Positions 50,472 through 64,000 of a stretch of DNA of 64,000 bases are shown here, in pieces (positions within the stretch are counted from its first letter, which is position 1; each line of letters begins with the position of its first letter). The notes under the pieces were generated by a model, which worked only from the letters and a program-made list of their open reading frames with translations, was not told the origin of the DNA and did no database searches. The position numbers and the translations under genes are program-made. Origin of the DNA: Amphiscolops sp. MND2022 (Eukaryota); contig OZ076409.1 of NCBI GenBank assembly GCA_964187785.1, positions 20,462,001-20,526,000 on the forward strand. The letters are read 5' to 3'.

Positions 50472-50944
50472 GGTTGGGCGACAATTCGTCCCAAGCGACA
50501 ATTCGTCCCAAATTCCAAAAAACGACAATTCGTCCCAAGCGTCAATTCGTCCCATTTTGAAAAGGCGACAACTCGTCCCATTTGTAAACAGCGATAATTC
50601 GTACCAAATGGTTTAATTGATCAGCTAATTACCAACCTTTTGAAGGTTGAAATGAAAGAAATCAAATCAACTACAAATGAATTCATTTAAGCACATGACA
50701 ACAATTAGAAAATGTTGCATTTTAACGTACAAGTCGTAGAATGTTAATTGTTGGTACCTGCCTCTAATTGTAATCTTTCCGGATTCATTTATACAAAGAT
50801 CTTTATTGGCAATTAAATTGGGGACAAATTGCAGTTTTAATATTTGGGACGAATTGTCGCCTTTTCAAAATTGTCGCTTGGGACGAATTGTCGCTTTTTG
50901 GAATTTGGGACGAATTGTCGCTTGGGACGAATCGTCGCTTTACG
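50472..50944. mobile_element. Foldback/MULE-like MITE with internally repetitive TIRs
   Basis: Left arm has repeated gacaattcgtccca, right arm has repeated tgggacgaattgtc; flanks cgaaacgtc / cgaaaagtc resemble a 9-bp TSD. Confidence 0.7.
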
Positions 50945-53900
50945 CGAAAAGTCGGATTGAACTTTTTTTCCAGTCTTTCTCATCAGATCACAAGACTTTC
51001 TAAATGGTCCACTTTTTGAACAGGCTTGCTCAGGGTACAGATAGCTTGGACCGCCACTTACTTAGCCTTGTGATGAGCGTGAGTGACTGGCTAGCAGGAG
51101 TCTGTGGGGTTGAAATCCCGCCCTGGCCCATTTTCTTTACGTTTAAGAGACCAAAATGTCCCCCTTTTAGTCAGTCTTGTTTTTCAAGTCTAAGGGTTTT
51201 CCACTTTGTGTTTCTTAGGGTTGTGCAACTCTTGATTTTTTGAAACATATTTTAGGTTTTTTGACGTTTTAGAACAGCGTTTTTCGCGCTCGAAGGGCTC
51301 CTTATAATTTTCGCCATGTGAGATGTCTCCAGAACTTTTTCGAAAGCTATCTTTGAGCATAACTAAAAGACTCAGCGCTTTTTAGCCTTAAGCGGGGCGC
51401 CGACTTTAGACGGTCCTGTCTTGCTAGCAATTGATGTGCTGATCAGAGAATTTCTTAGCAAGCATTTGTATCATCCACCAAGTTCCGAATTTCAATTTTA
51501 TGGCTTTTGCAAGAGTGAAACGTTCAAGCACGGGCCATTTTATTGCTGTTTATTTCTTCTCTCGGGGTTTGCTTGAACTTTGAAAATGCTTCCTGAGTTC
51601 AGTGAATGAATATTAATGTGGACATCAAAATTTTCATTCCATAAATGCGCTCCCTTCAATTCAATAAGTGTGTGAATTCTATGTAATTAAATATGCAGAA
51701 AAGGTGTAACATGGTTACCTAGGCAATGAAAAAGAAATTTTCCTGTATAATGGCGTAATTTTCTGTCCATTGTTAGTGACGAAGCGCCGATCTCAGAGGT
51801 CATTTGGGAATCTACCATCCCGTGATGTTGGTCATGGTAGCTTTTTTCTACCCTCCTGTATTTGCTTCATTTTTTGGACACTATTGCAGAACAGGAAGTA
51901 TTTTCGGTATATCGCTATTACACATTCAATTCAGTGTTGTCCAGTTTTTCGTGGGTGTTTGCTATCGAACGTCCCCATGGTCGAGTATGTTTCTCATATT
52001 TTAATTTCCTTCTAATTTTCCCACTTCCTCGAGCAGTCTATCAAAAATTGCTGAAATATTTTCGAGGTGACGTCAAGTGACGCCAGTGGTGTTCAATAAA
52101 GTATCACCTTTTGCTTGCTAACCCGTTTTTGCCTAAATTATCCATCAATCAATCGTTTAACATTACATCGTTCTGTAATGAAATATTCGATATCAAATTT
52201 CTCATTTCTAGCTGAGTTCATTTTTGCGAAATACTTGTTGAATCATCAGTGTTATTGTGAAATTGTAAGTACCGAAATTCGAGAACTTGCTTAGATCTGT
52301 TAAATGAAAATTTCAAGCATTTCTCTTAGTATGTTTTTATTGGTCTCGTCTGACTACAGCTATAACAAAAGTTGTGCACAGCATCACAAAGTGAAAAAGA
52401 TTGCAATACGTTTTTATGTAGCCATTGTCGTAAACTATTTTGCAAATTGCAGCGATTATTTTTTAACAAGCCGCTTGTCTAAATGGCATATTGATCGAGC
52501 CCTACGTACATATATACTCTTTCATACATTCTGAATATCTAGGTTGCACCTATGTACTTTCATACCAAATTGGAATGATCGAAATTGGTTCTCATTTCCA
52601 TAAGTGGGTTCTATTCAATTCTCTTCTGCATGGCCTATGTTTGCAAACACTGACACAGCTCGGGGCTTGTAGTTAGATCAGCGTAATCTGAAAAGCCTAT
52701 TTGCTCTGAATTATTTCCCTGACAACTCCCCGTAGAACTTTCGGTTGCCTGTTGTCATAAATATGGTCGCTTCTCAAACCAACTTACCAACATTGCATGT
52801 CGAGTTTATATCGATCTACATGTACCTTCGCAACGGTGCTTGCACTTTGCTATATATTGGAAGAACTTGAAGTAGTTTGTAACTGATAATAGTTAGACTC
52901 TAACAATCTGTCTCGAAGTTGGTTACTCTTATACCACGCATCAATGGTCAAATGAGACTGAATTTCTCTCGTTGTTTCTTCGTTAGGAGGGGCGGGGGTA
53001 TCGATCCTCACACCAAATTTGAATGGTGTTGTTGACTACTACTATTCTTTCACTTCAATTCACATAAAATTAGTCTTATCCGGCTGACTGTGGCGATAAA
53101 GGATCTCCACTTTCTTTGCCAAATATTCGCTGTTTTTAACTGGCCCAATTTCTTTCCTTCTTTTTCAGTTACATATGGCGTCGTCGTTGTCGTTTTTACA
53201 AGGACCTGCTACTGGATGAAAAGCGTGAATGGATTAGAGAAATCGTCAGCCTTATTTCAATTATCTTTTGTGGTCGCCGCTTGCTTCTCTTTTTGACGAT
53301 TTTATTTTCATTGAGCCTGCAACAATCAAAGTGTGTTGTGTTCGACCCATAAACCAGTTTACGTGATCTGTGAAATGTGATATACGATGGTAGTGGTAAT
53401 AAAAATTAATGTCGGACCTAAGTTAGATTTGGGCCTGTCGTTTCATTATTTAATCAAGAGAGGGATTCTCGTTTCAGAAATTAATTGAAGCTTGTTTGAG
53501 TGACCGATAAACCCTGTTTGAAGCTCTTTCGTGTGGATATAGATGTATAAAGGTTTCTCTTTATATTTTGCACAGCGTTTATGAAAGAGATATGTCTCAG
53601 AATAATATATTCTGAGTTTTATTTCGTGAAATACGTACGAATCCCAAGAATTTCTGAATGATAACCTCCGGTTAGTTAATAAAGTGAATTTCCCTGGCCT
53701 TCTAACTTACCAAAATTTCATTATTTGGTCTCCGTCGTAGATTTTTTGGGGCAGGTATTTTTGTAGAACAATAGTGGTATCTTGTAAAACGATGCCTCTA
53801 AACCAGAGTCTTCAAAAACCTTGTTGTCTTTTTCCGGGACATAAGGTTTGTCTCATCTGTGTAACGTCCTCAGGACATTACCATTAATATCATTTCTTCC

Positions 53901-53992
53901 ATGGGAGAATGGGGTCAAAAGGGTTAATAAATTGAACACAACACACTTGACTAGTACATGTAGTGCGATAGAGACCAGCAATAAAGCATAGA

Positions 53993-56900
53993 ATGCCGTT
54001 AGAAATGGAGCCCCTTTATTCGCACGTTTTGGAAGAAGGCCAATATTTTTCGTTGATTGAAAAAACACCTGATGCGGCCACTAGCCATGGCGATTACGTG
54101 GTGATGGAATCCGGCGAACCCTGGCTCGTGTTCCTGGGCTGGCTTCAGCGACTGCTTATGCAGCTACATAAACATTACCAACAAGACAGTGACTGGTAAG
54201 ACCACACAAAAAGAAACAAAAATAATGGTGCATCATGTCAACCAAAATGACAACTCACAGTTGCTTTTATTGACCAACTTTTATGCTGATTTCAGGAAAT
54301 TCGAACATGTCGCTTGAACATGACTAATTTTTATTAAGTATTTAGCTAAGAAAAATTGTAATAGCATGTTTGTTCCAATATAGAATGTTACCAAGTACGT
54401 CAGATCTTAGGAGTTGTAAGAATTCTCGTGGAGAAAACTTTCAAAGTACCAAGCACTAAATTGCCGGGCAATTTTTGAACATGGAGATTGAATAGCAAAT
54501 TTCTTGAACAATTAAGCTTCGAAAAAATCCCGAGAATCAAACTTCGTAACTAACAAATGATTAATATGCAGAACGACTAAATTCTTGTAATTCTTTTCCA
54601 AAATTGTTCCATAAATATACCTTTTGTTGGCTTGATTCTAGCTCGTGATCTTTCTTTTCTGCTTTCATTTTTCCCGAGAATTCTTTTCGAGGATGGGCTT
54701 TGCCGTGGTTTGTTGTGATTTTACATATTTCAGGAACAGTCCAGAAAACCTCAGGTTAACTCTCTGTCTTCAGAAGCAGTTTGCCGAACCTCGAAATGTT
54801 GGGTCTGTGGAGAAATTTGCACATTTTCTGTCTTATGGAAGTCATATCTGCCTAATTTTACACGTTAGTTTTCAAGTACAGTGAATCTCCCACGTAAAAA
54901 CTCGTTTATAGTTGGAGCGTATCTAAATCCCAATTGCCAATTCAATTCCGTATTAAACCAGCATATAACTCCCGGTTATGAGGATACACCATGAGTGATT
55001 GCCCTGGCTTTGATTGCCAGGCTTTTGATTGCCCTGGCACGGACCCCCACTGTTAAATAATTAATGTACTCCTGATTAATTTTCAAATGGTCAGTGCATC
55101 AAAAATTCATTCCTTGGCATCAAATAGTCTACAATCTGATTACTTTCTTTCAACTTAGATGATCCATTTTGCCTTTGCGGTACTTTTGCTTTCAATACTT
55201 GAAAGAAAAATGTATTTTCTATTTCTTTCTAATCGACTAATTGATGTTGACTGTTTTGATGTTATAGTTGGTGGATAACGATTGGATCGATCGGCATCGC
55301 ATCAACTCAACTGAACAGATCAAGAATTCTGATCTTCTGACTGGAGAAAACATTGATTTGTTCAGAAAGATCTGTGAGAAGAAACTTCACATTCCTTCCA
55401 AATCCATTCTAAACCGAGAATGTCTCCAACACCTGGAAGAGTTTGGCAAGTTGATCACGACCTTCGTTGCTATCTCAACCAGTAGTGTGTTCACCAAACG
55501 ACTGGCCGAATTAGAACTGCAGTTGCAACCCCTAGCTATCCACAAATACGAACCCTATAATTTAGTCACCTACTGTGAGCAAAGCGAATACTTCAGCAAT
55601 AGAGATTTACAGCAGCCGATGCTATTAACCAGTGTTGAGGTTAGTTTGCATATTGAATTCATGTTTTACACTGTTCCAACAAAAAATAACTTACAGGTTC
55701 TTGCAGTTTTCTGTAGAAGCGATTCGCATTTTGATATTTGAGTCATTATTCCGATGTGTTGACAAAATTGCGAAATAAGACGGCTAATTCTTTAATGATT
55801 CATCAAAAGACCATTTTCACAACGCATCTTTGCTAACAGTGACCCATGGTATGGTGCTATAATTCATAATCTACAGACTTGTAGTTTTCCAACTTGTAGC
55901 ACATTAGAAAACTTACTTTTTGATGTTTTCCAATTCAAGTACGAGACTGTTAATGCCAAGGTAAGGATATTCTAAGAGGCCTAATCATACCATTCCAGTT
56001 ATTTATAACTGACCCTATGCAGCTTGGACTGTTTTTAGTCGGCGCTTTTATTAATAAAAGAGCCCGACTATTACAGTCACTCGTTTTTTAGTCGGCGCTT
56101 TTCTTAGAAAACGCAGACTATAGCAGTGATTTTTAGTCGGCGCTTTTCGTTGAAAAACGCAGACTAGTTAGTTTTTTTAAGACCAACGAACTGACAGTTT
56201 TATCTTTATAAGCTGACTTGCACTAACACTAAATTGTGCCACACTACTTCTACCGGCACTTGGCATAGAGGTTACGGCTTTTTTGAGGTCTGCCAAGCAG
56301 AAGGACGTGGGTTCGAGTCCCGCCCTTGACCAAAAATTTTTTGTGCAGGTTTTTTTGGCTTTGACTTTTCGCAAATTTTTTTAATGTCTCTAAAGGGTCC
56401 CCCCTTCATTTTTTTCTATTTTGCAAAAGAATGGATGTTCAAAAATTCCAAAGGGCCCTCTTTTACGTTTTTCGGCACTATGCGACTTATATGAGACAAA
56501 AAATCGGATTTTTTTTCAATTTTTTCCTCACGCGGGTACTGTAAAAGAGTACTTGACACTTTGAAGTCCTTTCGATATTTTTGAGCCTTAGATATGGCGC
56601 CGACTTGGGCCGTTCCCGGCTTGTTCTTTTTGTTAAGACCAACGAAGTGACAGATTTTTATAAGCTGGCTCCCACTAACAGTAACTGCCATACTAATCTG
56701 CTACTTTTACTGGCACTTGGCATAGAGGTTATTAGGATTTTTGAGGTCTGTCAAGCAGGACGTAGGTTCGAGTCTCGCCCTTGGCGAATTTTTTCGGCTT
56801 TGTGAAACTTTTTCGATTTTTTTTCACCAAAGGGTCCCCTTCAATTTTTTGATTTTTGCAACAAAATGGATGTTGAAAAATCCCAAGGGGTCCCCCTTTT

Positions 56901-59900
56901 AGTTTTTTCGGCATTGTGACTTCGAAAAAAATTCCACCAAAGGGTCCCTCTATATATTTTTTTCGATTTTGCAACAGAAAGGATGTTCAAAAAATCGCAA
57001 AGGGTCCCCCCTTTTACATTTTTCGGCACTATGCGACTTACCGGAGACCAAAAAAATTTCGAAAAAAATTCAATATTTTCCTAACGCTGGTACTGTAGAA
57101 GAGAATACTTGGCACTTTGAAGTCCTTTTGCTATTTTGAGCCTTAGATATGGCGCCGACTTGGGCCGTTCCGGCTTGTTAGATTTTACGCTGGTTTGAGT
57201 ATCCAAACTGTTCAACAGCGAGCATCAAACAGCTCTTCTATAGAGACATATGAAGATTTTATGTCCTATATGTAGTTTTTGATCGTCTTCCAGTGAAAAT
57301 CTAGTTTTTGAATATTTTTGTGAGTATGAATTTACGAACTGTTCAATAAGAATCAGCATAGTATGAGTTGACGATTTCAGCATATTCTTGTTCGCAAAAT
57401 TTTATCAAAAAAGCATTAGATGAACCGAAAAGTGTCAAACTTCTAAGTTTTTCAAAAATTTGGTTGTTTACTGGCTAAGCCCGAGGCCTGGATGTATGCG
57501 GAAATTTTCTGCTGCTGAGCGGGCGTTGTGAACAAAAATGTCTCGTATCAGCATGACAAAATGCGATTAACATAGAGCTAAATACGGCGCACCTAGTTTA
57601 TTATACCATCTGATATGGAACTAACTCGCAAACAGTAGCTGTTTCTGGTCCTTATGCATTCTAAAGTTAGCCTAAATGGAGTTATGGCTGTAAAAAAGGG
57701 GAACAAGACGTTTCGGCACAAGACGTTTCGGCAACAAGATGGCGGAAGACGTTTCGGCAACAAAATGTTGCCGAAACGTCTTTCACCTGCTGTGAAGACG
57801 TTTCGGCACCAAAGACGTTTCGGCAACAAGAAGAATAATCTGTAGTTTTCTTTAGTATGAAACGTGCCCCATATATGTCCTCATTTCCTCTAGTGCCCCG
57901 CGGCCCCTTGGGGCCGCTTATATTCCCATCTTGCTAAGCGAAGTCGAACAGGAGCAAAGACCTAGCGGAAACGGAGATCGCGAAGCGATCGTAGTGGGAG
58001 CTGGTCTTTGCGACGGTGAGGGCGAGCGTGCATACACCGAATATGCCCCCACATTAGAAGGGGAAAGTACTGAAAATTTTGCGAGACATTCACGAAAAGT
58101 AAAAATTTATTCTTAAGAAGTCAAAAAAAGTCACAAAATGTTGCCGAAACGTCTTTCACCTGCTGTGAAGACGTTTCGGCACCAAAGACGTTTCGGCAAC
58201 AAAAAGTTGCCGAAACGTCTTCCGCCATCTTGTTGCCGAAACGTCTTGTGCCGAAACGTCCGGAACCCTAAAAAAGATGTCACTACTAAAGAGCAGATTT
58301 AAAAGCCTAACGGTGATAGTTATTTGGGAAATTTTTTCCTCATTCGGGTACTGTAGAAGAAAGTACTTTAACATTTTGAAGTCCTTTTGCTATTTTTGAG
58401 CCTTAGATATGGCGCCGACTTGGGCCGTTCCCGGCTTGTTTCTTTAAGGCAGACTCCAAGCGACGAAATTTTTCAGTTTGTTCAACTAAACGAATACCTG
58501 GGAAACGCATCTCAGGTATTGCCCCCTTTCAATTTTTACTTTTTAAACGTAACATACAAAACCGGACGAGACTAAAGGGCCCCCCTTTCAATTTTTTTGG
58601 CGCTGTGAGACTTTTCCGAAATTTTTTGTCTTCAAAGGGTCGATTCTATTGATGTTTTCATGAAAACGTCCTACGCATATTTCAAATCTGCGCTTTTTGA
58701 GCCTTAGATATAGCGCCGACTTTAGACGTTCCCGTCTTGTTAAGGGATAATCTTTGATGACCACTGTGCATCCAAGAGTGCTTATTGTTTCTAGACTAAT
58801 GTTTCCTATTCTTTACAGGACACATTAATGCCAGAAGAGTATGATTCGGTGGGCTCCTATGAGTACCCCGAGCACCTCAGTGAAAGACACGCCCGTACAG
58901 GTGCTGCCTCGGGTGACTCACCAGTGCCCATCTCTTCCCAGTCTGAACAGGAAACGAAAATCAAGAAAGCCGAAATCAAAATCGGTCACATTTTGGCTGA
59001 AATTGAAAGCACCGAAGACAATTACTCCAACCAGTTGCAGTATCTAGACAGCGTTTATAGGTTGGTACTAGTTTCATCGTAATAATGTTTCATCGAAGTT
59101 TCAACTCGCCCGAATGAAGTATACCCTCTATCCCAAAAGTGTATTTCTCAATAACATATATTTTGGTGTCAATGGATGTTTTTTGAATGTTTTGATCGTG
59201 GGTGGAGTCATATTTTTCTTGTTTCAGACATTCTTTGGTGGAGATAGGATACAGTGAACTTGTCAAAGATATATTAGATGAGACGAAAATAACTGAGCTG
59301 TCTGCAGTTACTTCATCTTTTCTCAGTGATCTGATAGCAGCTCAGGGAGACGTGGTTTTATTTGCAAAAGCTTGCATGCATCCTGAAAGAATCAACTTAT
59401 TGGTGAGATATTACACCAGCTACCTGAAGAACTACTCTAAAGCACAAGAAAAGCTAGACTTGATTTTGAGCACATTGACTCCCGAGAAGCAAAGTATTTT
59501 GAACAAAGCCGACAACCGCGCAGCCACTGGGGGAAGTAAATCTTTCGACATAAAGACTAATTTCAGACAACCTTTCCAAAGATTTTGCAGGTATCCACTT
59601 CTGTTGAACACTCTGTCGGACGCAGTGAAAAAGACTGAAGACCCGATCAAAATAGAAACAGTGGACCGAGCACTGAAAACTTGGAAACACATCACTGACC
59701 ACTTGAATCTTGTGAAGGCTGATGAAGAAATGAGCACAATCACACTGCCGAAAGTCTTGGCCCGTTCTGGAATCATAGAAGAAGTGACAACCTCAGAAAA
59801 TCATCCCACTGAGGAGAAGGTCAAGAGATCAGACAGCAGTCTCAAATCATCGGCTCCACATATTCCAGAATCATCCAAATACAACAACTACCGTCAGTAC

Positions 59901-62573
59901 AACAAGGTCGAAGAATTCGAGAAGTACGGTAGATTTATAAAAGACGAAGTACTCAATGTTGTCGTTGAATCTGGCAAGTCGAAGAAAACGCACAAGTATA
60001 ACGTTGCCTTGACCGAGTTGCAACTGATTTTCAATAAAAACACGATTCTAAACCTGAGAATGAGCAACGATATGAAGTACGAAGTCGGACAGTTTGCAAA
60101 AGCATCCAACAAGATTTCAAAACCCATCTCTAGTATCAAGTTCACTCTTGCGAAGACTTCATATATTCTGATGTTTTCCTCTGAATACAACTTCAATTCA
60201 TGGAAACAGAAGTTTGACGAAGTTTTCGACTTATGCCGCAAACAGCCTTGGAAACACAAGTCACACATGTTCGAGTATTATTCCTTCCAGGTTGAGAAAG
60301 ACCCTGTCTTTTGTTCAGCATGTGGTTTCGTTCTAAAAGGCCTCGTATGGCAAGGACATCTGTGCATCATTTGCAAGAGCACGGCGCACCCTAATTGTAG
60401 GACTGAATGCGCCGAATGCGTGAACCCCAGACTGTCAATGAGACCGACCGGAGTCGCTGGTAGGTCAGCCAGCATTGCCGTAATTGGAGGAGCCGAACGA
60501 GAAACGCTTCCTGGCCGAGCCAATTCCTTACTACACGCTTCAGGTGCAGTTACTTTAACATATATGTATTGTTGATCTAGAGTAGGTACTCTTCTCTACA
60601 GGATATCAATTTTATACGCGAAACATGTGGAATTAGTTGCGTAGCGGTATCAAGATATGTTGTATGTAGGTGCAAGAGTGATGTAAGTATTTCGTCGTTA
60701 CATTTCGCCGGCTATCTGTTTCAAATCTGCTACCGATCCAACATCGTAAAATGTTGAAACGTTAGATGCAAGATTTGGGGTAACTAAAGAACTACATCAA
60801 TTATTTCGTTAGACAATATTTTGTTCAGGTGAGCACGATAATCTAACGTTGCCGCATCGAAGGACCTCCTCAAACTACCCCACGCTGCGCAAACTCCAGA
60901 AGCAACCTTCTGGACTGCAGACACCCATAGAAGGTATTGCTTAACAACTTTCCTTTTTTCGCAATTTTTTGTCGTTTTGAATGAAATGAAACCTTTGACA
61001 GAATTCCAATAGCTTTTGAGTAAATGCCAGCTGGCGATAAATTTCGGTGTCAGGAAATTACGCCCAAGGAAATTACGCCCAAGGAAATTACGCCCAAACG
61101 GAAATTACGATAATGTAATCAGCTATGCTCACATACCCCTAAATGCAGGAGCGAAGCGACGTGCCATATGGCCATGCCTCAATGTAGCTACCTGGCGAAG
61201 GGAGGGAAGCGATACAACAAATATGCCAACTCTTCAAATAATAACCTGAAAATAATCGCTGCTATTCGCTTTGAATAGCTTAAATTCATTGGGCATAATT
61301 TCCGTTTGGGCGTAATTTCCTAGAACCATAAATTCCTGCTGTTGGAACGTTTTATAACGCTCCCGGTGTTAAGCTGATTAAAATGATTTTTTAAATCAAT
61401 TTACACTTTACTTTTTTTTCCAAAAACCCTAAAACTGCAACACGTAAGCTCATGAATCTTTCGGGTCTAGACTCGAAAAGCCCAAAGTTTTAGATTTAGT
61501 TATTGGAGCTCCCAGTCAAGCGTGCGTTCCGATGAAAATTATCTCTCAAGAGCTCAACCTCTCACTAAGCTTTTCACATACATATGCAGAATAAAAAGGA
61601 TATTTATCTTGAAATTTAATGGCGTGAGTCGTTTCAATGAAGATTTGTACGCGTATGTTTGATTTATGCAGAGCAAGGATGGTACATCGGAATGGCCAGC
61701 AAGCAAGTAACGAAAGCAAACCTGGAGCCTTTTGCCTCCACGAAGGGCAGTTTCCTCGTTCGAATGAGTGACAGAGAGCCTGGATACAGACTGGCCGTGG
61801 TCGACTCTAGTTCCCACGTCAAGCACATTCAGGTTACAGAACTGTTTTTCAAAGAAGCCTTGCATTTCTCGAAAATATCTGATGACTTATAAATTATTCC
61901 TGAATGTTTTATTGTGTCAATGGATCTTGTAGAAAGTCAGTATTTTAACTTAGTGGTCCTGAGAGTTTTTCGCCTCATTTGAAAAGTGCAATTTGGTGAC
62001 AACTTCAGTTCGAGGTCAGAGGAATTGTAAATTAATTTTTTTCCGCTCTCATCCTTCTGCGCTTAAAAGTTTCTTTGTACAAATGCTGGCTTGTTTGACA
62101 AAAATGTGAAAAACTTTCAGATCTTCGAGGACGAAAATGGGGCCTACTTTCTGGAAGAAGATCAGAAGTTCAAGTCAATCGCACAATTGATCGAATTCTA
62201 TCGCAAAACCAATCTATCAACTGTCTTCTCGGACGATATCGATGCATATCTCTCTCACCCTCTGGCTGACATCTGCTATGACCTCATCCGTGAGTACGCG
62301 GCTGCCAAGGAAGTGAACTCCTCTTTGGAAGTGTCCAACGACGTCCTTCACCCTGTGGGGGGAGCCATTCTTCTCAAAACTGTGACTGTCTCTGATGTGA
62401 ATGGTGGCGATTACGTCAACTTGAAGCAAGGACAGCTGGTCTTCATCTCTAATGAAACCGAAGATTCTTTCGAATGCACAACAGTTCTCTCCCCATCTGC
62501 TCCTGTTTTGACTGTGTCTCAAACTGATGTGAGAATCATAACGGCCTACGGCGTTTTTGGTGACGAGTCTTGA
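53993..62573 (+). CDS. VAV: Vav-family guanine nucleotide exchange factor (CH, acidic, DH, PH, C1, SH2, degenerate SH3)
   Basis: Phase-compatible exons 53993(or 54005)-54195, 54734-54863, 55268-55639, 58819-59060, 59228-60543, 60829-60933, 61672-61832 and 62121-62573. CH (EPWLVFLGWL; FAHFLSYGSHICLILH; ENIDLFRKICEKKL..FGKLITTF), DH (ILAEIESTEDNY; PFQRFCRYPLLL), C1 (HMF..CSAC..LKGLVWQGHLC..C...H..C), SH2 (WYIG..GSFLVRMS..VKHIQI..F.SI.QLIEFY). Start codon uncertain. Confidence 0.85.
56034..57179 (+). mobile_element. Tandem HINE (DINE-1-like) copies in Vav intron
   Basis: Triple ttagtcggcgc 5' ends; two 3' ends gatatggcgccgacttgggccgttcc(c)ggcttgtt at about 56625 and 57179; tRNA T-arm-like ggttcgagtc cores. 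Confidence 0.65.
57699..58268. mobile_element. Foldback/MULE-like MITE with repetitive arms
   Basis: Arms built of aagacgtttcggca / tgccgaaacgtct units; GGG...CCC termini; flanking duplication TAAAAAAG (57691-57698 / 58269-58276). Confidence 0.75.
61046..61327. mobile_element. Foldback/MULE-like MITE
   Basis: ggaaattacgccca three times on the left and gggcgtaatttcc inverted on the right; imperfect 9-bp TSD ataaatttc / ataaattcc. Confidence 0.7.
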
Positions 62574-63870
62574 CTTTAATGAATGATTTTCGAGTTAATA
62601 CCGCTTCTCTTTCTTGGCACTGATGTTAACGTCATTTAAATTATTGATACATTTTTGAAATTTTACAAAATTGATGAAAATATATTTTAGTAATTAATAG
62701 TTTTTATTTGGCGACTTTTTTTACTGCACTGGAAAAATTTTTCTAAGCTGTAACAGATATCGTGTTTTTAGGCGAGAGAACCGGAGAACATTTTTGGTCC
62801 CAACAATTTTTGTTACGGCGTGTTATGTTTTTGGGGTCATCATTTTTCAAGCAGTTTACAAATATTACCTTTTATAAAGAAACAAGACGCCCGCTAAATA
62901 CCGGGATATTTTCCGCCTTGTTAAAAAAATCAGGCGGAGGCGAGATTCGAACCCATAACCTACTGGTTGATAGTAACTGAAAGAGTCAACTAAAAGATGG
63001 AGATCGTGGAGATGATAAGTAACTGAAATGGTCAGTAACTAACTAAAATAGTCAAGTAATCAGAAGATGGAGATCATGATTTGGCAGAATTTGGAAAAAA
63101 AACATCACAGATTATGATTTTCCTCCCCCATTTTATATGGGTGGAAAATAATAAGTTGTCACGGCATTGTTTTAAACCGATTGTCACGTTTTACGTCTAT
63201 TGTCGAGTGGCAATAAACACATTGTTGACTGGTCTGACGCGTTGTTGCTCAATTTCGTTGATTTTGATCTCGTTCGTCAGCCAACTACCTTTTGATCGTT
63301 TTTTTGAGGTCTTCTCTTCTGAACGAACAATGTTTTCTTCGATTTTTAAAGAAGTATCTGGCCGTATGTAAAAACAAGCCGTGAATGGCCAAAGTCGGCA
63401 CATGTTTCAAAAAAGCAAATGTTTGAATATGCGAAGGCACAGCATAGTGAAAATGTTTATCGAATTTACAGCATCAAAAAATACACTAAGTGATACCCAT
63501 AAAACTCAAAAACCGCTTGGTGTCGCATGGTGCCGAAAGCCCTAAGCAGCCCTCCATGCTCGCAAAACGTTTCCTTTTCTAGTAAAGTCGAGGAGGCTTG
63601 GATAATAAAATTGGAAAAAAAGTCACATAGTGCCGAAAAAACGACAGTATTGAAAAACATTCGGATATAATGTGCTGGTTCGCTGAAAAAAACCAACTTT
63701 CAAAACAAAAAATAATCATTTTGGAAAATATCACAATGCAGAATATTGTAAAAGGGGAATCCAGTTTGATGCAAAGTATCAAAAACATTGAAGATGGACC
63801 CTCTGGAGACATTAAAATGTTTTCGAAAAAAAACGAAAGATTGGAAACTTGACCCTTTGGGATTCATTAA

Positions 63871-64000
63871 CCCGGAATGGAGGTGGAATTTTCTGGATCC
63901 ATCAAAAAATCGGTTGCTTAAACTTCAAACCGCAATATTTCCCAAGCTATTCAACTCCGACAAACGATTTATACAACGTTCGAAAGCGGAGCATCGGGGC
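63871..64000. mobile_element. piggyBac-like MITE, truncated by window end
   Basis: TTAA|cccggaatggagg..., homologous to the left end of 40352-40860. Confidence 0.75.

Noticed and set aside
57699..58268. Repeat arrays (also 50472-50944) as CRISPR
   Set aside because: Eukaryotic intron context, no unique constant-length spacers, inverted symmetry with TSDs, and no cas genes.

Overview
AT-rich, intron-containing animal (probably invertebrate) genomic DNA. It holds three multi-exon host genes on the + strand: an ANKRD50-like ankyrin-repeat gene (5'-truncated by the window, 828-17033), a mitochondrial phosphate carrier (SLC25A3-like, 32473-40101) and a Vav-family RhoGEF (CH-DH-PH-C1-SH2-degenerate SH3, about 53993-62573). 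Between them lie two complete LTR elements with target-site duplications: a BEL/Pao retrotransposon (21368-28432, +) and a long-LTR, apparently non-autonomous gag-type element (41717-49453, -). There are also many Helentron/DINE-1-like (HINE) repeats and several MITEs (piggyBac-, hAT- and MULE/foldback-like). The most notable observation is inside the BEL/Pao element: between integrase and the 3' LTR it carries an intact antisense 291-aa ORF with a full JmjC 2-oxoglutarate/Fe(II) dioxygenase catalytic signature, a C-terminal NLS-like tail and its own splice acceptor. This is a candidate retrotransposon-encoded histone demethylase/hydroxylase and possible anti-silencing system. All assignments come from motif recognition by eye; no searches were run.
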